NCBI GenBank assembly: GCA_963933835.1
Contig: CAWVVV010000001.1
Location: 492,588-556,587 of the forward strand
DNA from: an uncultured Puniceicoccaceae bacterium
GTDB lineage: Bacteria > Verrucomicrobiota > Verrucomicrobiia > Opitutales > Oceanipulchritudinaceae
Direction of reading: 5' to 3'
Length of the DNA: 64,000 nt
Shown here piece by piece: positions 48,216 through 58,655 of this stretch. The notes beneath the pieces are model-generated. The model searched no databases. It was not told where the DNA came from and saw only the letters and a program-made list of their open reading frames with translations. Position 1 is the first letter of the stretch; the number at the start of each line of letters is the position of its first letter. The position numbers and the translations under genes are program-made.

Positions 48216-49683
48216 CGCCCTCCGCGAAGTCATCCTCAGCCCATGGGGTCTCCTCCTCGCCTTCTTTTTCTTCAGTTTCTCCATCTTCATTCACGAAATG
48301 GGACACTACCTCGCCGCTCGATGGCGCGGACTAAAGATTGAGCGCTTCTCCATCGGCATGGGACCGCGCGTCTTCGGATGGACTGATAAGCACGGCGTCG
48401 AGTGGCGTCTCTCCGCCATCCCTCTCGGCGGCTATGTCATGCTCCCGCAAATGACAGACATGAAAGTTGTCGAAGGGACTCCAGACGATGACGCAGCGGC
48501 GCTTCCCAAACTCTCATGGACAGATAAAGTCGTCGTGGCTGTCGCCGGCGCCGTCTTCAACGTCATCTTCGCTTTCTGCCTCGGGACCATCCTATGGCAA
48601 ACAGGGATCCCGCGTGAAGCGTGGCAGGACTCAACCGTTCTCGGGTATGTCGCCGAAGAAATCACGACGGAGGATGACATCACAATTCCCGGTCCAGCCT
48701 ACGCCGCTGGGCTCCGGCCCGGGGACGACATTCAATCTGTCGATGGGCGCACCGTAGCCAACTTCGACGACATCTTTACAAGCATCCTCATGGGCAGCGA
48801 CCGTGATGAAAGCGGTAACCCGCGAGTCTTGGTCGAGTATCTCCGCGACGGAGAGCAACAATCCGCATCCATCATCCCCACCGTTGGTGGCCTCGAAAAA
48901 ATCCGCCAAGTCGGAATCATGACACAGGATCCCGTCGTTGTGGATTATGCATATACTAATAGTCCGGCGGAGCAAGCAGGCCTGCAGAGCGACGACGAAA
49001 TCATCGCAATCAATGGTGAGGCGATTTACAACCGGTCAGGTCTTATCAGCCAAGTTCAGAAAAATCCTGACGAGCAATTCATCATGACGATAAAGCGGGG
49101 CGAGCTTACATTGGAAATGCCGATCGTCCCCATAACGATTCCTGTTAGTGCCGCTGGTGATATGGCGCCGATGATCGGTGTCAGGTTTTTTACTACATTT
49201 TCCACCGACAACAAGATCCCTCCCCACAAGCAGGTCTGGAACATCGTCACACTCACCTATCGGACTCTCGATGCCCTCCTGAGCCCCAGCAGTAATGTCG
49301 GCCTTCGTAACCTAAATGGCCCTGTCGGAATTCTAAACGCCCTCAAAATCACCGCCGAGCAAGGTTTTCTGATGCTTCTCTATCTCGTGGTCCTGATCAA
49401 CGTGAACCTAGCAGTCGTCAATCTACTCCCTCTCCCAATTCTTGACGGCGGTCACATCGTCATCGCCACGATACAAAAGCTCATTGGTAAACCCGTCCCA
49501 GCGAGGGTCATCATCGCACTCCAAAACGGCATGGCGATCTGCCTCCTCGGGATGGTCGTCTACATCACCTATTTCGATGTTCGTCGGATCGGCCAAGGGA
49601 TCAGCGATGAGCCTGAAGCAGCTGCGACATCCGAGCCTTTCGAAATCAGTTTCCCAGCTACAACAGCATCAAATGATGAATGA
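48202..49683 (+). CDS. rseP: RIP metalloprotease RseP (two PDZ domains)
   Basis: HEMGH, IPLGGYV, NLLPLPILDGGH. Confidence 0.95.
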   Translation: MEFLNALREVILSPWGLLLAFFFFSFSIFIHEMGHYLAARWRGLKIERFSIGMGPRVFGWTDKHGVEWRLSAIPLGGYVMLPQMTDMKVVEGTPDDDAAALPKLSWTDKVVVAVAGAVFNVIFAFCLGTILWQTGIPREAWQDSTVLGYVAEEITTEDDITIPGPAYAAGLRPGDDIQSVDGRTVANFDDIFTSILMGSDRDESGNPRVLVEYLRDGEQQSASIIPTVGGLEKIRQVGIMTQDPVVVDYAYTNSPAEQAGLQSDDEIIAINGEAIYNRSGLISQVQKNPDEQFIMTIKRGELTLEMPIVPITIPVSAAGDMAPMIGVRFFTTFSTDNKIPPHKQVWNIVTLTYRTLDALLSPSSNVGLRNLNGPVGILNALKITAEQGFLMLLYLVVLINVNLAVVNLLPLPILDGGHIVIATIQKLIGKPVPARVIIALQNGMAICLLGMVVYITYFDVRRIGQGISDEPEAAATSEPFEISFPATTASNDE

Positions 49684-49761
49684 TTAATTACGAGAATGGT
49701 GAATGTTTCCACTATCCCGTGAGCACTCATTCATCACTCATCATTCAAAATTCATCATTCA
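49672..49761. repeat. Heptamer-built palindromic repeat, copy 2 (rseP-ispG)
   Basis: Left arm AATGATG AATGATT AATTACGAG AATGGTG; right arm ...TCACTCA TCATTCA AAATTCA TCATTCA. Confidence 0.85.
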
Positions 49762-49762
49762 A

Positions 49763-51778
49763 ATGACGTCTCCTTACTGCAGCTCACGTTTCACGACAAT
49801 TCGCCGCGACGCGCGTGCCGTTCAGATTGGCAGTGTCGGAATCGGAGGGGGAAATCCGATACGTATCCAGTCGATGACGACAACCCCGACTTTGGACATT
49901 GAGGCTACAGTCAAACAGTCTATCCAGCTCGCCGAAGCCGGTTGCGAGATCATCCGCGTTACCGCGCAAAACGTCAAAGCGGCTGAAGCACTCGAAGGCA
50001 TTCGCGAACAATTCAGTTCTGCTGGTTTTGGAGACATCCCCCTCGTAGCGGACATTCACTTTCTTCCCTCCGCCGCGATGGAGGCCGCAAAGTGGGTCGA
50101 GAAAGTTCGGATCAATCCAGGCAACTACGCCGACAAAAAGAAATTCGCTCAACGCGAGTATTCAGATTCTCAATACGATGAAGAGATCGAGCGCCTCCAC
50201 GAAGCCTTCTCTCCAATTGTCCTGCGCTGCAAAGAGCTAGGGCGCGCAATGCGCATCGGCACAAACCATGGCAGCCTGAGCGACCGAATCATGAACCGCT
50301 ACGGCGATTCACCGCTTGGCATGGCTGAGAGCGCCTTAGAGTTTCTACGCATCGCCGGGAGTCACAATTTCCACAGCATCGTCCTCTCGATGAAGGCCAG
50401 TAATCCGAAGGTCATGATTCAGGCCTATCGCCTCATCGTCTCAAAGATGTTGGCTGAGGACATGCATTACCCTCTTCACCTTGGGGTGACGGAGGCTGGC
50501 GATGGTGACGACGCTCGGATCAAAAGTGCTATCGGCATTGGAAGCCTGCTCAATGATGGGCTCGGCGACACCATTCGTGTTTCACTTACCGAAGATCCTG
50601 TCCACGAACTACCCGTCGCCCGTGATCTCGCGGACAAAGCGATGGCAATGTGGCTAGACAGCGCGCCGCGCACAGCGCCGGACCCAATCGATCCTTACAC
50701 CTATCAACAACGCAGAGTAGAATCGATCACACTCGGAGAGAAATCGACAATTGGACCTCTTGAGCCACCGCGGGTCGTCTATCAGGCTCGCGACATCATC
50801 GATCTTTCAGACTTACAAAAGAAGCTTGGAGACGCGAAGATTGAAGGACTTCTGATCGATACGCGATTCCACGGTGGACTTTCGCAAATCAGTCAACTCA
50901 CAGGCAGCTACCGCACCCGAGTCGATTTCATCATCTGGCAACTGAGCAACGACGATGCCCGCGAACTACTGCCTACACCTTGGGCAGGGAAAACGCGCGA
51001 TGCGCTCCTTATTGCGCCCACATCCGAGAATACTCAGCTTCTTGGAGACCTCATCCGCTACGTCACGGAGCATGACCTCGTCCTAGCCCTCGACACGACA
51101 CCAGAAGTCATCTCCGAACTTTCAGCCGTCCTCTCTGGCGCCCCGAGCGAGCGCCTTATCTTCACATTCGATGCCCGCCATGCTATCGACCGTATCCATA
51201 GTTTGGGACGCTATCGACAATTCACCGAGACGATCGACGCTATTGGTCTCACTTCTCCCATCTGGATACGCAATACCCCAGGCAGCAATCCAGCCGCCAA
51301 GCCCTACTTTGGCGATCAACTGCTAGAAGCAAGCATCCTCACGGGTGCGCTTCTTTGCGACGGCATCGGCGATATTGTCAGCGTCGAGACAGTGAAAGAT
51401 CCTCAACAAGCGGTTACACTTACTTACAATATTCTTCAAGGCGCACGCGCACGCTCTACTAAGACGGAGTTCGTCGCCTGTCCGAGCTGTGGGCGCACAC
51501 TCTTCGATCTACAAAGCACAACCCAGCGCATCCGCGCCGCTACGGGTCACCTCAAAGGGGTTACAATCGCCGTGATGGGCTGCATTGTTAACGGCCCCGG
51601 TGAAATGGCAGATGCAGACTTCGGCTACGTCGGTGGTGCACCTGGAAAAATTAATTTATATGTTGGCAAAGAGTGCGTCAAATTTCACATCCCCGCGACT
51701 GAAGCCGTCGAAGCCCTCACCGACCTGATCAAAGAACACGACAAGTGGACCGAACCTAAGCCTAATAAAGATGAATGA
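49763..51778 (+). CDS. ispG: HMBPP synthase IspG, long three-domain type
   Basis: IQSMT, ADIHF, RINPGN, RIGTNHGSL, HLGVTEAG, GDTIRVSLT, CPSCGR, MGCIVNGPGE. Confidence 0.96.
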   Translation: MTSPYCSSRFTTIRRDARAVQIGSVGIGGGNPIRIQSMTTTPTLDIEATVKQSIQLAEAGCEIIRVTAQNVKAAEALEGIREQFSSAGFGDIPLVADIHFLPSAAMEAAKWVEKVRINPGNYADKKKFAQREYSDSQYDEEIERLHEAFSPIVLRCKELGRAMRIGTNHGSLSDRIMNRYGDSPLGMAESALEFLRIAGSHNFHSIVLSMKASNPKVMIQAYRLIVSKMLAEDMHYPLHLGVTEAGDGDDARIKSAIGIGSLLNDGLGDTIRVSLTEDPVHELPVARDLADKAMAMWLDSAPRTAPDPIDPYTYQQRRVESITLGEKSTIGPLEPPRVVYQARDIIDLSDLQKKLGDAKIEGLLIDTRFHGGLSQISQLTGSYRTRVDFIIWQLSNDDARELLPTPWAGKTRDALLIAPTSENTQLLGDLIRYVTEHDLVLALDTTPEVISELSAVLSGAPSERLIFTFDARHAIDRIHSLGRYRQFTETIDAIGLTSPIWIRNTPGSNPAAKPYFGDQLLEASILTGALLCDGIGDIVSVETVKDPQQAVTLTYNILQGARARSTKTEFVACPSCGRTLFDLQSTTQRIRAATGHLKGVTIAVMGCIVNGPGEMADADFGYVGGAPGKINLYVGKECVKFHIPATEAVEALTDLIKEHDKWTEPKPNKDE

Positions 51779-51855
51779 TGCGTTACACGAATGATGAACA
51801 AGAAAACCGCCTGCAAATAGCCCCTTATTCATCACTCAGTATTCAACATTCATCC
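51767..51855. repeat. Heptamer-built palindromic repeat, copy 3 (after ispG)
   Basis: Left arm AAAGATG AATGATG CGTTACACG AATGATG; right arm TTATTCA TCACTCA GTATTCA ACATTCA. Confidence 0.8.
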
Positions 51856-51865
51856 TTTTCCTCCC

Positions 51866-52875
51866 ATGCCTAAAACAGCCATTTTTCTAGTCAGTGACGA
51901 CAAATTCAAGCGGAACATCGAGCGGGTCTTCGATTCGGAGACGGTTGATCAGTTGCGCTCGATCCTCGATCTTTCAGCAAAGACCTACGCCGTCGCCGAC
52001 CTTGATGCTGGCCCCGAACTCGGTGCAAATGTCGAAATCATCTTATCGAGCTGGGGAGCTCCGTATTTGATTCTTCACTACTTTCGAAGTTTCCGAAGAT
52101 TGAAGCTGTATTCTATGGTGCTGGAACGATCAAATATTTCGTCACTCCTGAATTTTGGAAGCGTGGCATCCGTGTTTACAGTGCCGCAGCGATGAATGCT
52201 ATTCCCGTTGCCGAGTTCACGACTTCACTCATTCACCTCTCGCTCAAGCAGTTCTTTCGCTGCGCTCAGCTCACCCGAGAGCGTAAAGATTTCACTGCGA
52301 AAGGATTGAGTGGCCCCGGCGCGTTTCAGACAACAGCAGGGCTCGTTTCGATGGGCGCGATTTCTCGCCTAATCCTCAAACGCTTAGAACACACCGACCT
52401 GTGTTTCATCACCTATGACCCCTATCTCAGCGACGATGATGCTATTCAAATCGGCGTCGAAAAAGTTAGCCTTATGGAAGTCTTTCAACGATCTCAAGTC
52501 GTCTCATTACATACTCCTTGGCTCGATTCTACGGCAGGCATGATCACTGGCGATCTCATCGAGTCTATGCCAAGCAACGCGACCTTGATAAACACCGCTC
52601 GTGGTGCCGTGGTCAACGAACCAGAGTTGATCGCCGCGCTCGAAAAACGGACTGATCTCACTGCTCTACTCGATGTCACATGGCCTGAGCCACCGGCCGC
52701 GGACTCTAAGCTCCACACCCTCCCGAATGTAATTCTGACTCCACACATTGCGGGTTCCATTGATAAAGAATGCCACCGCATGGGCCACTGCATGCTTGAG
52801 GAACTGGAGCACTACTTGTCCGGCGAGGAATTGATCTACGAGGTGACGGAGACGCAGACCGCCATAATTGCCTAA
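51866..52875 (+). pseudogene. D-2-hydroxyacid dehydrogenase with a 1-nt frameshift at ~52062 (possible sequencing error)
   Basis: SSWGAP | VFDSSLLSKFPKIEAVFYGAGTIK...AAMNAIPVAEF...INTARG...LDVT.PEP...TPHIAG. Confidence 0.85.
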
Positions 52876-52879
52876 GGGT

Positions 52880-54994
52880 CTACCCCTCCTTGATCAGGTA
52901 TGGGCCCCAGCCTTTTTCGAAGAACTCACGTTCAACTTCTGGCGTCAGATCGACGGGTATTGTCTCGATGACAAACTCATCTCCCTTGGAACTTACAACA
53001 AGCTTCTCGGATTTATCTTTTCCCTGCTCCTCAATGAAACGGAAGCGGCTAAGATCAATATTACGACCCTCTGGGCATTGCGTGCCTTCGTCGGAGCATA
53101 TCGCCCGTGCTCCACGACTTCCGCCACCGTTTGCGATGTAGTAGTCGAGAACAGTCAAAACAGCTTCTGATGCTGCTGCCATTTGTCTCCAGCGGAAACC
53201 TTGGGCGACTTGAGCGGGAGATGACACCGTGAGCCCTTTGTCCGCGACCGTCGCATGCAATGCCTTAGCCTCTTCAAGTGCATCGTTCACTGCTTTGGCG
53301 GTACAGATGATGCCAGCATTCTCACTCATGCGCGCCTGGATTTCGGTCTTCACGGCATTGATTTTTAATCCGCCTTCATTACCCACAAAAGAATCCGCTT
53401 CCTTCAAGGTGGCGGACAATGCCGAGGAGATCGCATCATCACTCGGCTTAAATTTAGGCCGATTGAGGCGTGATCGCTTGATCGCAACGGCAACACGCTT
53501 GCCGAAGACCTGACCTGAGTTGAGCGCCGCACCACCGGGACGTGTCACACCGTGACTGCCCGCAGCCTCGCCGACTGAATAACAGCCTGAAAGCGTTGTC
53601 CGGCCCCAGTCATCGATGAGGATGCCGCCATTCATGTGTTGGTTGTTCATCGCACATTCGAGCGGTTCCTTCGTCACGTCGGTGCCATGCATCTTGTAGA
53701 GTTCGATCGCGAGTGGATTCATCCGCTTCAAGCGATCAATCGGCAATTCGAATAAGGCTTCATTGTTTTCCAAATACGACCTCACATCCGGATCGAGGTC
53801 ATCGAGTGAAAATTCTTCACCTTCATTTACCGGCTCGGGATTGCGCAGGAAGTCTAGATGGACAGTGCGTCCAGCTTGGTACTCAAGATAGACCGCAAGA
53901 TCAAATAGGCTCGAACCATAGTCGAGCATGCGCGTCGAGTGGTAGGGCCACTGGTACCCTTTTCGGAAGGTATTCGATACCATCTCGCGCGTCGTGCGGT
54001 AATAATCGGCAAGGAAGTGGTGTTCGTTTCCTTCGGCATCGAGCGAGTAAACGCGAGGCATCACCTGCACGTAGGTCCCCGAAAGATTCCAAGGGAAAGA
54101 AGTGCGAGGAGTGCCGATGCCAAACTGGCTTTCGGTCACGTTGCACAGACCTAAGCCCGCTTCGAGTGCGATTCCTAGTCCACCGTAGCAGTGATGTGGA
54201 TACACACTATCACGGTAAAGCTCACCCGGTCCACCCATCGCAATAACGAGGTCTTCGCACTGGATGAAGATAAGGCCATACGGATTCCGAGTTTCTGGAC
54301 GGTGCAGCGCGATGACTCCACAGACGCGTTCGCGGCCATCAACGGTTTCTTTAACAACGCGTATGCCACTACAGCTTGGGAGAATGCGCACTCCGAGGGT
54401 TAGGGCTTCATCAAAGAGAACCTTCACCATCAGCTTCGACGTGCGCGGGCCACAGCTTGTTGCGCGACCAGCTTCATCGTGGTCCGTCTGGTAACGAAGA
54501 ATCGCACCTTGATCATCGCAAGGGAGCGGCAAGCCCATGAATTGAAGCCCACCTAGAGCATCAATTGATCCGACCGCCTCGACGTATGCGGTCGAGAAAT
54601 TCATCGCCCCGCCTCCACAGAGACCCTTCGCGTAGTTCAGAAAGTTATCGCCCTTGTAGTCGGTGCTGGCGGTGTAAAGCGTTTGCTTGTCTGAGCCGGA
54701 ACAGGCCGATGTCCCAGAGAAAAGCCCTGTGCTCGCGGCCAGCACATCGACGCCGCGACGATGCATCTCAACCACTGCGCGCATCCCTGCGGCACCTGTT
54801 CCCAGCACCAGCGCTTCGCACTTGTAGACTGGAACGGTGAGCTCGCCTATTTCCATCGTCTCGTCTGTCGGGCCGATGCCCTTGACCTTGGGCATATCTA
54901 CCCGAGTTAGGCGGTCTAGAATGTCTTGAGGAATGGCGTCGAAGCCGTCCTTCGCCTGGCCGTTCGCTTCTGGGTCTGAAAGGTTTATACTCAT
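52880..54994 (-). CDS. FAD-binding oxidoreductase, SdhA/FrdA/NadB-like fold
   Basis: LGTGAAG Rossmann motif, QHMNGG, GEAAG.HG..R.GG..L, GSRGA. Confidence 0.8.
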   Translation of the reverse strand: MSINLSDPEANGQAKDGFDAIPQDILDRLTRVDMPKVKGIGPTDETMEIGELTVPVYKCEALVLGTGAAGMRAVVEMHRRGVDVLAASTGLFSGTSACSGSDKQTLYTASTDYKGDNFLNYAKGLCGGGAMNFSTAYVEAVGSIDALGGLQFMGLPLPCDDQGAILRYQTDHDEAGRATSCGPRTSKLMVKVLFDEALTLGVRILPSCSGIRVVKETVDGRERVCGVIALHRPETRNPYGLIFIQCEDLVIAMGGPGELYRDSVYPHHCYGGLGIALEAGLGLCNVTESQFGIGTPRTSFPWNLSGTYVQVMPRVYSLDAEGNEHHFLADYYRTTREMVSNTFRKGYQWPYHSTRMLDYGSSLFDLAVYLEYQAGRTVHLDFLRNPEPVNEGEEFSLDDLDPDVRSYLENNEALFELPIDRLKRMNPLAIELYKMHGTDVTKEPLECAMNNQHMNGGILIDDWGRTTLSGCYSVGEAAGSHGVTRPGGAALNSGQVFGKRVAVAIKRSRLNRPKFKPSDDAISSALSATLKEADSFVGNEGGLKINAVKTEIQARMSENAGIICTAKAVNDALEEAKALHATVADKGLTVSSPAQVAQGFRWRQMAAASEAVLTVLDYYIANGGGSRGARAICSDEGTQCPEGRNIDLSRFRFIEEQGKDKSEKLVVSSKGDEFVIETIPVDLTPEVEREFFEKGWGPYLIKEG

Positions 54995-55147
54995 AAATTA
55001 TGAGTAGGGTTAATAGACCCCTCAGGCAGATTTCAACGTTTTCAGTCCAAAAGACGTCGGTCCGCCCTTCGGCGTCAAAGCAACCGAGCTTGAAACTAGA
55101 TACAGGGAAGCCGCTAGGAGGCGAAATTTTAGGGGGCTATTCATGGA

Positions 55148-55432
55148 TCAACGGGGGATGGAAGTCATATATGATCCCGATCGATAGTCTGGCCTTATTA
55201 AGTGGATATATCGAACTACCTGATAATACTGGGAAGCACTGTTATAATCGAAATAGAATTCGTGAGTGTCGCCCCCATAGACGTTATCCGCTGGCCGTGG
55301 ATCGACAACCACGACGTTCGCTCCTCTTTGCACATACTTAACGCTCTTCAATGCACTCATAAAGTCGTAGCTCTGTGCGTGCACAGAAACCGCTGTTAAA
55401 ACGAATGCTAAGGAGACAGTTAAGTTCTTCAT
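55148..55432 (-). CDS. Small secreted hypothetical protein
   Basis: Signal peptide MKNLTVSLAFVLTAVSVHA; AT-richer segment. Confidence 0.5.
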   Translation of the reverse strand: MKNLTVSLAFVLTAVSVHAQSYDFMSALKSVKYVQRGANVVVVDPRPADNVYGGDTHEFYFDYNSASQYYQVVRYIHLIRPDYRSGSYMTSIPR

Positions 55433-55613
55433 CTATGTTGTGATTTGATCGACCGAAAGGTTCTGCACCTACTTATCGGAAGCCGAACAATTTTTGCAAG
55501 CATCGACCGTTTGGAAACCGCTTTTACACATATGGAGCGAAAGTGTGTGAAACCGGAGCTTAAAGCTAGCAACCCTTGCCATCACTACAACAGCTACCGC
55601 ACCCTACATTCCA

Positions 55614-56366
55614 ATGTCAGACACCACCCACCACCCTCGTCAAGACGGGCGCACGCTCGACGCTCTCCGGCCGATCAAAATGCAGCCAGGCATCGCGCCG
55701 AATGCGAGCGGCTCAGTGCTTATCAGTTGTGGTAACACGCAGGTTATCTGCGCCGCAACCCTCGAAAAACGCGTTCCTCGCTGGATGCGCGACCAAGGCG
55801 TTCAAGGTGGCTGGATGACCGCCGAGTATTCCATGCTCCCCTACTCGACCCTCGACCGCAAAGCCCGCGACATCACTCGAGGCAAGGCCGATGGCCGCAC
55901 GATCGAAATTCAACGCCTCATCGGGCGAAGCCTGCGCGCCGTCGCCGACCTCAAAAAACTCCCCGGCCACACCCTCTGGATCGACTGCGATGTGCTTCAA
56001 GCCGATGGGGGCACACGCACCGCCGCTATTTCTGGCGCCTACGTCGCTGTCGAGATCGCGATCCAGAAAGCCATCGCCGCAGGCGACCTCGCCGAGAGTC
56101 CCTTTACTGATCTCGTCGCAGCCACTAGCGTAGGCGTCGTCGAAGGCTCGCCGATGCTCGACCTTTGCTACGTTGAAGACCGCGACGCCTCAGTCGATGC
56201 CAACGTCGTCATGACCGGTGGCGGACGCTTCGTAGAACTGCAATCGGCCGGCGAAGAAGCGACCTTCAGCGACGACGAACTCACCGCCCTTATCGCCCTT
56301 GCCCGCAAAGGCATCGGCGAAATTTGTGAGCTCCAAAAAGCAGCGATCTCCGCTGCATTATCATGA
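55614..56366 (+). CDS. rph: Ribonuclease PH
   Basis: TAEYSMLP.ST, EIQRLIGRSLR, DCDVLQADGGTRTA. Confidence 0.97.
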   Translation: MSDTTHHPRQDGRTLDALRPIKMQPGIAPNASGSVLISCGNTQVICAATLEKRVPRWMRDQGVQGGWMTAEYSMLPYSTLDRKARDITRGKADGRTIEIQRLIGRSLRAVADLKKLPGHTLWIDCDVLQADGGTRTAAISGAYVAVEIAIQKAIAAGDLAESPFTDLVAATSVGVVEGSPMLDLCYVEDRDASVDANVVMTGGGRFVELQSAGEEATFSDDELTALIALARKGIGEICELQKAAISAALS

Positions 56367-56474
56367 CTACTTCCACCTGTTGCTGCTCGGACTCATTCAT
56401 TATAACAATAAATGATTGAACAGTGGGAGTTCAGACGCCTCCTTTAGCATCAGCACTCGTCTCAAGAGCTCTCC

Positions 56475-57671
56475 ATGAACATTCACGAATACCAAGCAAA
56501 AGAACTTTTTGCGCAATATGGGATACCGGTCGCGAAAGGCGTAGCGGTTACCAGCCTAGATCAAGTCGACGCTGCATTAGCAGAGTTAGAAGACGGCCCT
56601 GTCGTCGTCAAAAGCCAGATTCACGCTGGTGGACGCGGCAAAGGCACCTTCACAGACGGCTTCAAGGGCGGCGTTAAATTCGCTCAAACTCGCGAAGAAG
56701 CCAAAGAGCTCGCAGGCAAGATGCTCGGCAACACGCTCGTCACGCACCAGACCGGTCCTGCTGGTCGCAAAGTGCAGACGGTCTATTTCACGGAGCCCCG
56801 CGACATTGAGCACGAGTATTACCTTTCCATGACACTGGATCGCGCGACGAGCCAGACCGTCATCATCGCCTCGACTGAAGGCGGCGTAGACATCGAAGCC
56901 GTCGCCGAAGAGACCCCGGAGAAAATCATCTCTGTTCTCGTCGATCCCGCCGCTGGCATCATGCCACACCACGTGCGCACGCTTGCTTTCGGCCTCGGGT
57001 TCACAGACAAGGCGCAGCAAAAGACCTTTTCGAAGATCATCAACGGCCTCTACAAGTTCTACTGGGAGAAAGACAGCGCGATGGTTGAGATCAACCCGCT
57101 CATCACCACTCCCGAGGGGAACATCGAAGCACTCGACGCCAAAGTCGGCTTCGACAGCAACGCCCTCTACCGCCAGCCCGATATCCTCGCCCTCCGCGAC
57201 CTCGCTGAGGAAGACCCGAAGGAAATCGAAGCCGGCAAACACGGCTTAAGCTACATCGCCCTCGACGGAAACATCGCCTGCCTCGTCAACGGTGCCGGCC
57301 TTGCGATGTCGACGATGGACATCATCAAGCACTTCGGCGGCAGCCCAGCCAACTTCCTCGATGTCGGTGGTGGTGCAAATGAAGCCGCGGTCACGGAAGC
57401 CTTTAAAATTATCCTAAGCGACCCGAAGGTCGAAGGTATCCTCGTGAATATCTTCGGTGGGATCATGAGTTGCGCGGTTATCGCGAAAGGCGTCATCGCA
57501 GCCGCGAAAAACGTTGAGATCACGGTTCCTCTCGTTGTTCGCCTCGAAGGCAACGAAGTCGAAGAAGGTAAAAAGCTCCTCGCTGCAAGCGGCCTGAAGC
57601 TGACCTCTGGAGATAGCCTCGCGGATGCCGCCGAGAAAATCGTCGCTGAAGTCGCAGCCATTAAAAACTAA
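56475..57671 (+). CDS. sucC: Succinyl-CoA ligase beta subunit
   Basis: [38 protein letters not shown]. Confidence 0.98.
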   Translation: MNIHEYQAKELFAQYGIPVAKGVAVTSLDQVDAALAELEDGPVVVKSQIHAGGRGKGTFTDGFKGGVKFAQTREEAKELAGKMLGNTLVTHQTGPAGRKVQTVYFTEPRDIEHEYYLSMTLDRATSQTVIIASTEGGVDIEAVAEETPEKIISVLVDPAAGIMPHHVRTLAFGLGFTDKAQQKTFSKIINGLYKFYWEKDSAMVEINPLITTPEGNIEALDAKVGFDSNALYRQPDILALRDLAEEDPKEIEAGKHGLSYIALDGNIACLVNGAGLAMSTMDIIKHFGGSPANFLDVGGGANEAAVTEAFKIILSDPKVEGILVNIFGGIMSCAVIAKGVIAAAKNVEITVPLVVRLEGNEVEEGKKLLAASGLKLTSGDSLADAAEKIVAEVAAIKN

Positions 57672-57695
57672 CCCGAAACGCGGAGAAAATTTAAA

Positions 57696-58571
57696 ATGTC
57701 AGTCCTCGTAGGAAAAGAAACACGCGTCGTCGGCCAAGGTATCACCGGTAATTTCGGTAGCCAGCACGCAAATAAAAACATCGAATACGGCACCAACTAT
57801 GTTGCGGCCGTCACACCTGGAAAAGGCGGCGGAAGCTTCGCCCCAGGTATTCCGATTCTTAATACAGTTAAAGAAGCCGTCACCGAACACGGCGCGAATA
57901 CCAGCGTCATCTTCGTGCCGCCACCGTTCGCTGCCGATGGCATCCTCGAAGCGATCGATGCCGGAATCGAGCTCATCCTTTGCATCACCGAAGGCATTCC
58001 GGTTCGCGACATGGCGATCGTCAAAGACGCCCTCAGGAAGTCGAAGACACGCCTTATCGGGCCGAACTGCCCGGGCATCATGACGCCCGGCGAATGTAAC
58101 ATTGGCATCATGCCGAGCTACATCGCAAAACCAGGACGCGTCGGCGTTGTCAGCCGCTCCGGCACGTTGACATACGAAGCTGTTTACCAGCTCACCGTTC
58201 GCGGACAGGGCCAAAGCACCTGCATCGGCATCGGTGGTGACCCTATCAATGGCACCAGCCACATCGACGCCGTCCGCATGTTCAACGAAGATCCAGATAC
58301 AGATGCCATCATCATGATTGGTGAAATCGGTGGCACTGCAGAAGAAGAAGCTGCTGCCTACATCAAGGACAACGTCACGAAGCCCGTCGCCGCCTTCATC
58401 GCGGGAACAACCGCGCCTCCAGGACGCCGCATGGGCCACGCCGGTGCGATCGTCAGTGGCGGTTCCGGAGACGCTGCTTCCAAGATAGCCGCCCTCGAAG
58501 CCGCCAACATCGCCGTCTCCCCAACACCGAGTGAGATCGCTGATACACTGCTCAAGGTCTGGACCCCGTAG
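57696..58571 (+). CDS. sucD: Succinyl-CoA ligase alpha subunit
   Basis: [27 protein letters not shown]. Confidence 0.98.
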   Translation: MSVLVGKETRVVGQGITGNFGSQHANKNIEYGTNYVAAVTPGKGGGSFAPGIPILNTVKEAVTEHGANTSVIFVPPPFAADGILEAIDAGIELILCITEGIPVRDMAIVKDALRKSKTRLIGPNCPGIMTPGECNIGIMPSYIAKPGRVGVVSRSGTLTYEAVYQLTVRGQGQSTCIGIGGDPINGTSHIDAVRMFNEDPDTDAIIMIGEIGGTAEEEAAAYIKDNVTKPVAAFIAGTTAPPGRRMGHAGAIVSGGSGDAASKIAALEAANIAVSPTPSEIADTLLKVWTP

Positions 58572-58600
58572 TCCAACCAAACACAGCAGTCGTTTGATTT

Positions 58601-58640
58601 AAAAGAAACGCCGCCCTCCGTAATGGAAGGCGGCGTTTTT
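58601..58640. terminator. Terminator after sucD, likely bidirectional
   Basis: AAACGCCGCCCTCC-gtaat-GGAAGGCGGCGTTT-TT with an A-run upstream. Confidence 0.85.
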
Positions 58641-58655
58641 GGTTAAAGATTGATT

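Noticed and set aside
49703..49762. N-terminal MFPLSREHSFITHHSKFIIQ of IspG
   Set aside because: It is the translated repeat arm; likely start is ATG 49763.
47000..51855. Heptamer repeats or the 9-mer IRs as a CRISPR array
   Set aside because: Arms are inverted, copies are kilobases apart, there is no repeat-spacer periodicity and no cas genes.
56393..56419. Imperfect dyad TCATTCATT-N9-AATGATTGA before sucC
   Set aside because: Short AT-rich match, arms in the opposite order to the heptamer elements; cannot be told from chance.
57699..58580. 293-aa antisense ORF covering sucD (similar ones over sucC and cdsA, 46188-46976)
   Set aside because: Shadow frames of conserved genes with biased codon use; no motifs.
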